A model generated the notes under the pieces. The model was given only the letters and a program-made list of their open reading frames with translations. It was not told where the DNA came from and made no database searches. DNA of 64,000 nt. It comes from an uncultured Candidatus Saccharibacteria bacterium (GTDB lineage: Bacteria > Patescibacteriota > Minisyncoccia > Phycocordibacterales > UBA12445). Position 1 is the stretch's first letter. Every line of letters begins with the position of its first letter. Positions 55,644-64,000 of the stretch are shown piece after piece. The stretch is taken from NCBI GenBank assembly GCA_964531375.1, contig CAZHDO010000001.1:2282-66281 (forward strand), written 5' to 3'. The position numbers and the translations under genes were made by a program.

Positions 55644-56640
55644 AAAAGAGATAATTAAGACCAGATATAAGGAGTTGCTTTCGATTGCGAAGTTGCCTAG
55701 GAATAATCCGCAGTTTCTGGATTTTGACTATTATGATGTAACGCCAGTAGATCACGATTACGCTGGGCAGTTTCAGCTTAAGGCAAATCATGTTTTTCAG
55801 AAACTGGGATTACCTTTTGGTTTTATTATGATGATTGGTGATCCAAACCGCGCTTCAGAGATTTACGACCTTTTTCGACAAGATCCAAAATATCTTGGCG
55901 GGGGAACTGGTTCTGGATTTAAGAACCGTGCGCCTAGTGTGCTTGATGAATTAGATCCGCTTGCAAAGCAAATTGGCGCGATAAATGTCGTTGTTAAAAA
56001 AGATGGCCGTCTGTGTGGGTACAATACTGATGGCCTCGGTTTTGTTCGTGGTCTTGAGGAGCTCTTAAAAACCGCGAGAGGGAATGATTCTGTGAAGGGT
56101 CTTCATGTTCTCGTCTTGGGAGCTGGTGGTACGGCTGATGCGATAGGTTTCACCCTTGCGTCAAAAGGCGCTACTTTAACGATTGTTAATCGTACTTCCG
56201 AGAAGGCATCTTCGTTGGCTGAAAGGATCAATTCTTTTTACGGCACCAACTATATCGGTGGAGGTGAAGAACTTATCGAAAGTGCCTTGGTAAGCGCTGA
56301 TGTTGTGATAAACGCCTCGACAAAGAGTGCCGAAGGACCTCTTAAGGATTTTATCGCTTTTGCTCCTGCTAAAGTGGGCGAGCTTGAAGAAAATTTGAAA
56401 CGCTCGTTTGATGTTATCAAAAATCTTCGACCAGGCACAATTGTCTGCGATATCAATCTTCGGTCTGACGAGTCTCCAACCTTGCGCATTGCAAGAGAAG
56501 CAGGTTTCCTTACACAAAACGGTGCTCCGATGAATTTTTACCAGGCAGTTGAAGCTTTGTGGATTATTCATGGAGAATTGTTTTCAAGCAAGGGTCTTCT
56601 TAAGGAAGATATTGCAAGTCTTGTGAAAGAGGTCTCTTGA
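55636..56640 (+). CDS. Divergent shikimate-dehydrogenase-family oxidoreductase
   Basis: GAINVV, YNTDGLGF, LGAGGTA, VNRT and NAS retained; N-terminal substrate motifs altered. Confidence 0.8.
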   Translation: MNEKEIIKTRYKELLSIAKLPRNNPQFLDFDYYDVTPVDHDYAGQFQLKANHVFQKLGLPFGFIMMIGDPNRASEIYDLFRQDPKYLGGGTGSGFKNRAPSVLDELDPLAKQIGAINVVVKKDGRLCGYNTDGLGFVRGLEELLKTARGNDSVKGLHVLVLGAGGTADAIGFTLASKGATLTIVNRTSEKASSLAERINSFYGTNYIGGGEELIESALVSADVVINASTKSAEGPLKDFIAFAPAKVGELEENLKRSFDVIKNLRPGTIVCDINLRSDESPTLRIAREAGFLTQNGAPMNFYQAVEALWIIHGELFSSKGLLKEDIASLVKEVS

Positions 56641-56647
56641 TTTCCAT

Positions 56648-56685
56648 ACCGCTCGCTCATTTTTTAATGGGACGAGCGGTTTTTT
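56648..56685 (+). terminator. Intrinsic terminator
   Basis: accgctcg...cgagcggt followed by a T-tract. Confidence 0.75.
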
Positions 56686-56792
56686 AATCTCTATTTTTGT
56701 TTTGTAATAAAAATAATCTTGCTTTGGGGAAGTGGGGACGTTATACTGTTTGCTATTAATTCTAAAAAAGATTATTAATCTAGGAAAAAGTT

Positions 56793-57122
56793 ATGGCAAA
56801 AGCATTGGATATAAAAGCTAGTGATTTTAAAAAAGAAGTTCTCGAGAGTGAAATTCCTGTATTAGTAGATTTCTGGGCGCCATGGTGTGGGCCTTGCCGT
56901 ATGATGGCACCTGTTTTGGATGAATTATCTTCAATAATGGTAGATAAAATAAAAGTTGCCAAAATAGATACAGACGAATCCGAAAACCAAGATTTGGCGA
57001 ATGAGTACGACATCCAAAGTATTCCAAATATGAAATTGTTTAAAAATGGAAAGGTTGTTGGAGAATTTATTGGTATGAGAAAATTAGAAGAGTTAAAGCA
57101 AGGAATAGATAAACTGATTTAA
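56793..57122 (+). CDS. trxA: Thioredoxin
   Basis: [14 protein letters not shown]. Confidence 0.96.
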   Translation: MAKALDIKASDFKKEVLESEIPVLVDFWAPWCGPCRMMAPVLDELSSIMVDKIKVAKIDTDESENQDLANEYDIQSIPNMKLFKNGKVVGEFIGMRKLEELKQGIDKLI

Positions 57123-57123
57123 A

Positions 57124-58059
57124 ATGAAAAAAGTAAACGATACAATTTTTGATCTGATAATTATCGGCACGGGCCCTGCTGGTTTGACTGCTTCTCTTTA
57201 TGCTGAACGTTATAGATTAAAAACTTTAGCTTTGGGAACCTTTCCTGGTGGCACAACCAATCAGGCTCATAAAATATGTAATTTCCCCACAGAGGTTGAA
57301 ATTACGGGAATGGAGCTTGCTGAAAAGATGACAAAGGTTGCCTTAGCTCAAGGTGTCGAAATAAAGAACGATGAAGTTGTTGATATAAAAAGAGAGGATG
57401 GTCTTTTTTCTATAATTACAGATGGTTATATCTATAAAACAAAAACAGTTATTTTGGCAAAGGGTATGCATCATCGCAAGCTTGGGCTAACAAGGGAAAA
57501 AGAACTTCTTGGAAGAGGGGTTTCTTATTGTGCAACTTGTGATGGTATGTTCTTTAAGGATAAGGTTGTTGGTGTCGTTGGTGGGGGTGATTCAGCTCTT
57601 ACAGCGGCACTTTACCTCGCTGATATTGCTGATAAGGTGTTTTTAATATATCGCGGTAAGGAGTTAAAAGGGGAGCCTGTTTGGATAGAAAAGGTTAAGA
57701 GTAGTGAGAAAATAGAAATCTTACTTGAAACAAATATACAGGATCTTCTTGGAGAAAAACAACTAGAGAGTGTTTATTTAGATAAGCCTTATGGTAGTAG
57801 CAACGAATTAGCGATTCAGGGGTTGTTTGTGGAGATAGGCTCAGAACCGAGACACGCAAAATATCTTCACGATCTTGATATAAAACTTGATGAAAATAAT
57901 TTTATAAACGTCACACCAGATCAAAAAACATCAGCTGTTGGTGTTTGGGCGGCGGGGGATATAACAAACGGTTCCAATGGTTTTAGACAAATCGTCACCG
58001 CTTGTTCAGAGGGGGCAGTAGCCGCCGAAAACGTTTTTCGATATCTTCAGAAAAAATAG
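57124..58059 (+). CDS. trxB: Thioredoxin reductase
   Basis: GTGPAG, GVSYCATCDG, VGGGDSA, AAGD. Confidence 0.93.
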   Translation: MKKVNDTIFDLIIIGTGPAGLTASLYAERYRLKTLALGTFPGGTTNQAHKICNFPTEVEITGMELAEKMTKVALAQGVEIKNDEVVDIKREDGLFSIITDGYIYKTKTVILAKGMHHRKLGLTREKELLGRGVSYCATCDGMFFKDKVVGVVGGGDSALTAALYLADIADKVFLIYRGKELKGEPVWIEKVKSSEKIEILLETNIQDLLGEKQLESVYLDKPYGSSNELAIQGLFVEIGSEPRHAKYLHDLDIKLDENNFINVTPDQKTSAVGVWAAGDITNGSNGFRQIVTACSEGAVAAENVFRYLQKK

Positions 58060-58123
58060 TTTTTAATCTAATCTATTGTTTAAATTCCCTAATTAGGTTT
58101 TTTTGTGTAAAATTAGGGGACGA

Positions 58124-59497
58124 ATGAAAAAAGGTTTATTTTTTTTGCTTTTTGTTTTTATATTTTTTTTAAGTACACCATCTTTTTCGAGAATGGTTTT
58201 TGCTGATACCTTAAATGTGGTCGCGATTGATGAGCAACAGGCTAAGTTAGAGGCAGATCTTTCTGTGCTCGAAAAAGAAATTGCAGAAAAAGAAGCTTTG
58301 TTAAAGAATCAAAAAAATCAAACTGGATCTTTGAAAAAAGATATCTCTGTTTTAACAACACAGATTGCAAAAGCCAAATTAAATATTCAGGCGAAAAATT
58401 TAACGATTGCTAAGCTTAAAAAGGATATAACTGTAAAAATTGGCACAATTGGAAAACTTGAGGATCAGATATCTACAAATCAGGATTATATTGGTGAATC
58501 ACTTCGTAAGGTTAGAGAGTCTGATGATTTTTCTTTTGTGGAAATGTCGTTTGGTGCTAGTACGATATCTGATTTTTATATTGACGTTGATTCGATGGCT
58601 CAGTTGGAAGGTTCTTTGCAGGAACATATTGCCGACATAACAAAAACAAAAGAATTAACTCAAAAAGAAAAAGAATCTTTAAGTAAAAAACAAGACGCTG
58701 AGGCTGATGCAAAGGCGGTCTTGGAAAATGCAAAAAAGAAAACAGAACAAAATGAAAAGGAGAAAAATAAGCTTTTAAGTATTAGTAAAAATCAGGAAGC
58801 TGAATACCAAAAAATAATTAAAGAGCGAGAGAAGAAGGCAGCAGAAATCCGTGCCGCGTTGTTTGCGCTTCGTGACGCGAAGTCAATTCCTTTTGGTGAT
58901 GCTCTTACATATGCTGATTTTGCAAATACAAAAACGGGTGTTCGTTCCGCGTTGATCCTCGCTATTATCCAGCAGGAATCAAATATGGGTTTAAATGTGG
59001 GTACTTGTAATCGAAAGAATGACCCACCTGCAAAAAACTGGAAAGTTATTATGCCGGGCCCGATAGACAAAGCGAATGGAGATTCTAAGCGCGATGATCA
59101 ATCTGCTTTTATACGCATAACTCAAGAGCTTGGTATTCCACAAGAGGGAACTCCACTTTCTTGTCCTTGGGGTAAGGGTTGGGGTGGGGCGATGGGGCCT
59201 TCTCAATTTATTCCAACAACCTGGGAGCTATTTAGAGATAAAATAGGAAATGCTCTTGGTATTAAAACCCCGGATCCATGGAATCCAAAGCACGCAATTA
59301 TGGCCACGGCAACATACCTAGGTGGGCTTGGTGCTGGGGCGGGCGGATATACTGCAGAGCGTAATGCCGCTTGTAAATATTATTCTGGAAGAAATTGTGA
59401 TAATAAGTCGCCAGCAAATTCTTTTTATGGTGACCAAGTTGTCGCGAAGGCAAACAATATTCAAAATAATATGATCGACCCATTGAAAGGGTTATAG
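58124..59497 (+). CDS. Secreted coiled-coil protein with lytic murein transglycosylase domain
   Basis: Signal peptide, long coiled coil, AIIQQES (catalytic Glu), GAMGPSQFIPTTW. Confidence 0.87.
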   Translation: MKKGLFFLLFVFIFFLSTPSFSRMVFADTLNVVAIDEQQAKLEADLSVLEKEIAEKEALLKNQKNQTGSLKKDISVLTTQIAKAKLNIQAKNLTIAKLKKDITVKIGTIGKLEDQISTNQDYIGESLRKVRESDDFSFVEMSFGASTISDFYIDVDSMAQLEGSLQEHIADITKTKELTQKEKESLSKKQDAEADAKAVLENAKKKTEQNEKEKNKLLSISKNQEAEYQKIIKEREKKAAEIRAALFALRDAKSIPFGDALTYADFANTKTGVRSALILAIIQQESNMGLNVGTCNRKNDPPAKNWKVIMPGPIDKANGDSKRDDQSAFIRITQELGIPQEGTPLSCPWGKGWGGAMGPSQFIPTTWELFRDKIGNALGIKTPDPWNPKHAIMATATYLGGLGAGAGGYTAERNAACKYYSGRNCDNKSPANSFYGDQVVAKANNIQNNMIDPLKGL

Positions 59498-59580
59498 TTT
59501 TTCTTAACATGGAGTATGAAGATTTTTTTGTTTTAAAATAAAACATTGATTAAATAAAAAATTTATTGTATAATTATGTA

Positions 59581-60168
59581 ATGGAAAAACTAATAAAAAT
59601 TTTGATTGTTTCATCGTTTGCTTTTGTTGGTTTTAATGTTGCTCTTGCGGATATAAAACCGCCATTAACTCATTCTTTAGACAGATGCGCTAGTGTTGTG
59701 AACTTAACTGATTTTCCAGATATTGTTCTTGTGGGTCATATTGAAGGGCCTATGGTTAAAAATAACGAGGTAGATTATAAAATTGAGAATGGAAATTGTT
59801 TAACCAAGGGTTATAAATTCAATACTTTTAGTGTTTATTGGACAACAAAAGATAAATTCAAATTAGAAAATTTAAAGAATTTAGAATTAAATGGCATGCA
59901 GCTTTTGTCTGGCGAAATTGAGCCATACGGTGGTTTTGTTGAAAATAGTAATCCTTTGATTAAAGAAAATATAGAATATTCTTTATTAAAATCAACTGAC
60001 GGTAAATTATCTTTAACTAAAACAAGGCAAATATCTGGATATGCTGACGGAGCTACTAGTACAGTAACTGATTTTAAAGATTCAAATATTAAGCCTATGC
60101 CAAAGCCAGAAGGTTTTTGGAAAAAAATAATTTGTTTATTTAAGGGTTTGTTTAATAAAAATTGCTAG
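59581..60168 (+). CDS. Secreted protein with C-terminal FWxxIxCxFxxLFxxxC tail
   Basis: Signal peptide ending ALA-D; Pro linker then EGFWKKIICLFKGLFNKNC. Confidence 0.75.
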   Translation: MEKLIKILIVSSFAFVGFNVALADIKPPLTHSLDRCASVVNLTDFPDIVLVGHIEGPMVKNNEVDYKIENGNCLTKGYKFNTFSVYWTTKDKFKLENLKNLELNGMQLLSGEIEPYGGFVENSNPLIKENIEYSLLKSTDGKLSLTKTRQISGYADGATSTVTDFKDSNIKPMPKPEGFWKKIICLFKGLFNKNC

Positions 60169-60518
60169 ATTTGTCGTACGAAACTAAATTCATTTATTCT
60201 CTGTTTTTAACCTTGCTTACAGAAATACCCGCTGTCGTATTCTTGGTTAATATTTTTTGTAAACAAGAAAGACTAAGCGCTTCAAGAATCGTTTTTTCTG
60301 GTCTATTGGCTTCTTCTTTAACTTTGCCTTATTTATGGTTTGTATTGCCTGCCATTACTAGCGTAAATAATGTATCAATCTTTTTTAGCGAGATTGTGAT
60401 TGTTGCAATAGAGGCGATTATATACAATCAGCTACTAAGTATAAAAATATCCAAAGCACTATTAATTTCGCTTATTGCAAATCTGGCTTCAGTTTTTGTC
60501 GGGTGGCTATTTTGGTAA
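60162..60518 (+). CDS. Four-TM membrane protein with intramembrane Glu residues
   Basis: TLLTEIP, TLPYLWF, SEIVIVAIEA, ANLAS; TTG start uncertain. Confidence 0.7.
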   Translation: MLDLSYETKFIYSLFLTLLTEIPAVVFLVNIFCKQERLSASRIVFSGLLASSLTLPYLWFVLPAITSVNNVSIFFSEIVIVAIEAIIYNQLLSIKISKALLISLIANLASVFVGWLFW

Positions 60519-60620
60519 GACAGGCTTTATCTAAAAATTTTAAATATTGCGATATTTTTGCTTGTGTGGTATATAAAATGAAGCTGTAGTTTTTTAAAAA
60601 TTTAATTTGGAGGAATTGTT

Positions 60621-60986
60621 ATGATTCGTAAAGTGCTGTGTATTGGTGTTCGGTATGAAAGTTTTAAGCCTATATTGGTAAGTGGTATTAAAAAAGGGAG
60701 GAAAAATAAGTATTCGGACTCAAGCTATTTAAAGGGCGTTGGAAATGGTCTTGCTTTGTCCGGTATATTTTCTATTCTGAAACTAGATTTCCGCCATAAA
60801 GATAAGATTTTCTCAATCGACATTAATAAAATATTTTACGAAAAATTAGGTATTACGATAAAAAATAATATTGCTAATAAAATTAAGGCAACTATGCCTA
60901 AATATATCAAGATAGATAAGATGGATATAATACCCCAGGACATTGATGCCTGGGTTGATAGGGTAATAATCCTATTAAATAAATGA
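60621..60986 (+). CDS. Hypothetical basic protein
   Basis: GGAGGA upstream of ATG; followed by a hairpin. Confidence 0.6.
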   Translation: MIRKVLCIGVRYESFKPILVSGIKKGRKNKYSDSSYLKGVGNGLALSGIFSILKLDFRHKDKIFSIDINKIFYEKLGITIKNNIANKIKATMPKYIKIDKMDIIPQDIDAWVDRVIILLNK

Positions 60987-61019
60987 TACAATAATAATTC
61001 CACTAAAAATGAAAATAAC

Positions 61020-61047
61020 AAGGCGCCGATGAATAATCGGCGCCTTT
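61020..61047 (+). terminator. Hairpin, probable intrinsic terminator
   Basis: aaggcgccgat-gaata-atcggcgcctt. Confidence 0.75.
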
Positions 61048-61086
61048 CAACTTGTCCTTTACGAAAGTAAGCTTTTTTGTTATATT

Positions 61087-61101
61087 GTTAGGGTATCTAA
61101 C
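61087..61101. promoter_or_regulatory. Possible MarR operator
   Basis: gttag-ggtat-ctaac inverted repeat upstream of the MarR-family gene. Confidence 0.45.
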
Positions 61102-61128
61102 TATTCGTTTAACTAACAAATATTACAT

Positions 61129-61536
61129 ATGGAAAATAGTGAAAAATTAATAAGCGCAGTGTTCGATTTTGGAAGGGTGATGAGGGAGAGAATAGGTTCG
61201 GTAAATTTTTCTCACAATCTTTCGCATGGACAAATTCAAACCCTTAAGTTTATAGAATCAAACAAGGGTAGGACAATGAAGGAAATTTCTTCATTCCTTC
61301 GAGTAAGGCCACCAACCGCTACTACAATGATAAATAGTTTGGTTAAAAGTGGTGAGATTAAGAGAGTTGATGACGAGGGTGATCGAAGAATTACAAAGCT
61401 CGAACTGACCAAAAAGGGCGAAAAAATTCTTAAAGAAAGTTTTGGGACAGTTGCAAAGGAATTAAAAAGTATTTTTTCAAAATTGAATGATAAAGATATT
61501 GAAAACCTTATAAATATATTAGAAAAGATAAAATAA
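61129..61536 (+). CDS. MarR-family transcriptional regulator
   Basis: TMKEISSFL, PTATTMINSLVKSG, DRRITKLELTKKG. Confidence 0.92.
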   Translation: MENSEKLISAVFDFGRVMRERIGSVNFSHNLSHGQIQTLKFIESNKGRTMKEISSFLRVRPPTATTMINSLVKSGEIKRVDDEGDRRITKLELTKKGEKILKESFGTVAKELKSIFSKLNDKDIENLINILEKIK

Positions 61537-61540
61537 AATT

Positions 61541-63091
61541 ATGAAAGAGAATCTCAAAAAGCCATTTATAATCGGAGGGATTTCTGTATTTTTGTTGGTG
61601 TTAATTATTATAATTGCTTTTAGTTTTAGCGGAAGTAAAAAAGTAGAGAATTCAATCTTCGAGGTCAAAAGAGGAAAAATAACTAATAATTTTAATGTTG
61701 TTGGTCAGGTAAAGCCAAAAGATGGAGTTGATCTGGCCTTTGAAAGAAGTGGAAAAGTTTCTGGAAAATATTATTCTGTTGGAGACAAGGTTTCTGTTGG
61801 TAAGACACTGGCGTCTTTGGAAAATTATGACCTTGTTGCAAATCTTCACCAAGCTGAGGCTAATTTAAAAATACAGCAAGCTAAGTTTGATGAATTAAAG
61901 AGGGGCGCGCGACCGCAGGATTTGGATATTCAAGAATCAAAACTTTCTGGGGCGGGGAGTTCTCTGATTGAATCAAAGAGAAATCTTATAGACAAAATAC
62001 AGGATGCTTATACAAAATCAGATGATGCCATAAGGGGGAAGGTTGATCAGCTTTTTTCTAATCCAAAATCTACGACACCAAAACTCACATTTACCATCTC
62101 GGATTCTCAGCTTGAGTATGATATTGAATTCAATAGAACAATACTCGAGAGTACTTTGAATAAATGGTATTCATTGCTTAATACTCTTAATATTAGCGAA
62201 GATCTTTCGGTTTATTCAGATACGACGATCGCTAATTTAAACAGCATCAAGTCTTTCTTAGACAAGGTTGCTTTTGTTGTTAATGGGTTAACTCCAAATT
62301 CTCAACTTTCATTGGCAACGATATCTGGCTGGAGGTTTGATATTTCGACAGTTAGGTCAAATATAAATACCTCAATTGCTGGTATAACTTCTGCAAAAGA
62401 CAAACTTGAAGCATCTGTTGCTAATTATGAAACGACAAGTAGTCAATATAATCTTATTATCGCTGGTGCTACAGAAGAGCAGATTAGGGCTCAAGAGGGG
62501 CAGGTAGATGCTGCTAGGGCCGCTGTAGAAAGTGCACAGGCTCAAATATCAAAGACTATAATTAGAGCCCCATTTAGTGGAGAGGTTGCAAAAGACGATG
62601 TTGTTGTTGGTCAGATAGTTTCTCCAAATATACCGATGATTTCACTTGTTTCTAATAAGAGTTTCGATATTCAAGTAAATATTCCAGAGACGAATGTTTC
62701 TATGCTTAAGGTTGGTGATACTGCGAAAGTAACCCTAGATGCATATGGTAATAAACAAATCTTTGATGCAAAAATAATTTCTCTAGATACCGCTCAGACT
62801 ATTGTTGATGGTATTGCAGTATATCGGGCCAAACTTCAGTTCACTACAGAGGATCAGAGAATAAAAACAGGAATGACTGCAAATGTTACTATTTCTTCTG
62901 CTTCTGGTGTTGATAAAATTTTTGTACCAGATAGGGCCATTTTCAAGAAAAAAGATAAAAATATTGTTTTTGTCGTTGGTGCTGATGGTTTACAAAAAGA
63001 AAGAGAGGTCGTTGTTGGTATTAGAGGGGTTGGGGAAAATACCGAAATTGTTTCCGGATTAAAAGAAGGTGAAAAGGTTTTTGTCTATTAA
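61541..63091 (+). CDS. Efflux membrane-fusion (adaptor) protein with long helical insert
   Basis: LAFERSGKV, IRAPFSGEV, IKTGMTA, EIVSGLKEGEKV. Confidence 0.87.
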   Translation: MKENLKKPFIIGGISVFLLVLIIIIAFSFSGSKKVENSIFEVKRGKITNNFNVVGQVKPKDGVDLAFERSGKVSGKYYSVGDKVSVGKTLASLENYDLVANLHQAEANLKIQQAKFDELKRGARPQDLDIQESKLSGAGSSLIESKRNLIDKIQDAYTKSDDAIRGKVDQLFSNPKSTTPKLTFTISDSQLEYDIEFNRTILESTLNKWYSLLNTLNISEDLSVYSDTTIANLNSIKSFLDKVAFVVNGLTPNSQLSLATISGWRFDISTVRSNINTSIAGITSAKDKLEASVANYETTSSQYNLIIAGATEEQIRAQEGQVDAARAAVESAQAQISKTIIRAPFSGEVAKDDVVVGQIVSPNIPMISLVSNKSFDIQVNIPETNVSMLKVGDTAKVTLDAYGNKQIFDAKIISLDTAQTIVDGIAVYRAKLQFTTEDQRIKTGMTANVTISSASGVDKIFVPDRAIFKKKDKNIVFVVGADGLQKEREVVVGIRGVGENTEIVSGLKEGEKVFVY

Positions 63092-63123
63092 TATCCAGAA
63101 ATATATTGAAAAATAAAAAATAT

Positions 63124-63840
63124 ATGAAAAACAACGAAAGAGAAATAATAAGGAAAGAGAATCAGATAATTAAAAATGAGCAAAAAATATTATCTGAACT
63201 TAAAAAAGAGGAGAAGGATATTGGTGAAATAAAGAAAAGTCAGTCGATGATTTATCTTCTTTTAGGAATTATAATTTTTGCCTTAATCGGGGGGTTGGTT
63301 TACTGGAACATTTCTTTGAAGAGGGTTTATGTGGAGAAGTCTCAGATACAGGGTGATGAGATTTCTCTTTCTGCACAATCAAACGGAATTCTTTATGAAA
63401 GTTATGTTAAGGAGGGTGATTATGTCTCAGAGAATGCCCCTATTGCAAGAATTGGAAACGAGCTCATTAAATCAAAAATAGCTGGGATTGTAATTTCAAC
63501 CAGAAATGACATTGGTACTATGTTTAGCAGAGGACAGGTTGTTGCCAAAATGATAGACCCAAACTCTCTTAGGGTTATTGGTAGAGTTGAAGAAGATAAG
63601 GGTCTTCGCGACATATCTGTGGGGCAAAATGTAATATTTACAGTTGATGCTTTTTCGGGGAGTGAATACTCTGGAATTGTTGATGAGGTTAGCCCGACCT
63701 CAAGATCTGGTGATATTGTATTTAATATTTCTGGAAAAAGAGAGATTAGGGAATTCGACGTAAAGGTTAGGTTTGATGTTGAGAAATACCCTGAATTAAA
63801 AAATGGAATGTCCGCTAAGGTTTGGATCTATAAGCAATAA
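63124..63840 (+). CDS. HlyD/EmrA-family adaptor lacking the alpha-helical hairpin
   Basis: TM anchor; VKEGDYV and IKSKIAGIV lipoyl halves adjacent; LKNGMSAKV. Confidence 0.8.
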   Translation: MKNNEREIIRKENQIIKNEQKILSELKKEEKDIGEIKKSQSMIYLLLGIIIFALIGGLVYWNISLKRVYVEKSQIQGDEISLSAQSNGILYESYVKEGDYVSENAPIARIGNELIKSKIAGIVISTRNDIGTMFSRGQVVAKMIDPNSLRVIGRVEEDKGLRDISVGQNVIFTVDAFSGSEYSGIVDEVSPTSRSGDIVFNISGKREIREFDVKVRFDVEKYPELKNGMSAKVWIYKQ

Positions 63841-63845
63841 TTTTT

Positions 63846-64000
63846 ATGGCGGAACAAAAAAGTAAAAACTTAAAATGGCTTGTTCTTCTTACTGTTATCG
63901 TCGGAACTTTTTTGGGACGACTAGATCAAACCATTGTAAATTTAGCATTACCTAAAATTATTTCTGATTTTGGAATTACGGTGACTTCTGCGGGCTGGAT
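63846..64000 (+). CDS. DHA2 (EmrB/QacA) MFS efflux permease, 5' part
   Basis: Manual translation MAEQKSKNLKWLVLLTVIVGTFLGRLDQTIVNLALPKI. Confidence 0.88.
   Translation, partial: MAEQKSKNLKWLVLLTVIVGTFLGRLDQTIVNLALPKIISDFGITVTSAGW

Noticed and set aside
1-64000. CRISPR array, cas genes, rRNA, transposase, integrase or reverse transcriptase
   Set aside because: No regularly spaced repeats or diagnostic motifs found on reading.
1-64000. Alternative genetic code (UGA=Gly, as in Gracilibacteria/Absconditabacteria)
   Set aside because: Long conserved genes are intact under code 11, and TGA terminates genes such as 51637-52605 and 55636-56640.

Overview
Low-GC, gene-dense bacterial chromosome segment using the standard code, with almost no Shine-Dalgarno motifs and tRNAs without encoded CCA. 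The gene content fits a Patescibacteria/CPR (Parcubacteria-like) genome; this is inference. Contents in order: rnj (partial), an ABC family-5 substrate-binding protein, secG and groES-groEL. Next is a ~29 kb surface-glycan island (6.3-35.8 kb) with 9 glycosyltransferase genes, ~10 SAM-methyltransferase domains, wzm/wzt, nucleotide-sugar enzymes and an O-antigen-ligase/TPR protein. Ribonuclease/toxin genes (two NYN, DinJ-YafQ-like, an internally deleted PemK-like gene, RhuM-Fic) sit at its operon boundaries. A 730-bp 'intergenic' gap follows, then secA, tRNA-Lys/Leu/Cys, rbfA-infB, a cysteine desulfurase, clpB and tRNA-Tyr. The rest is an accessory block (ArsR-thioredoxin-permease, ECF sigma/anti-sigma, divergent shikimate-dehydrogenase-like pair), trxA-trxB, a lytic transglycosylase and a MarR efflux operon. 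The strongest candidates for undescribed biology are three. (1) Two tandem putative sRNAs at 35.8-36.05 kb, each with its own predicted promoter and terminator, are mutually complementary (SD/anti-SD, four-way junction) and lie next to an unannotated 26-aa xxKK-repeat basic peptide. (2) A family of structured elements lies downstream of all four tRNAs, each built from that tRNA's own 3' end and sharing motifs. (3) Orphan RNase genes carry structured RNA at or just after their stop codons. All calls come from reading the sequence; no searches were run.
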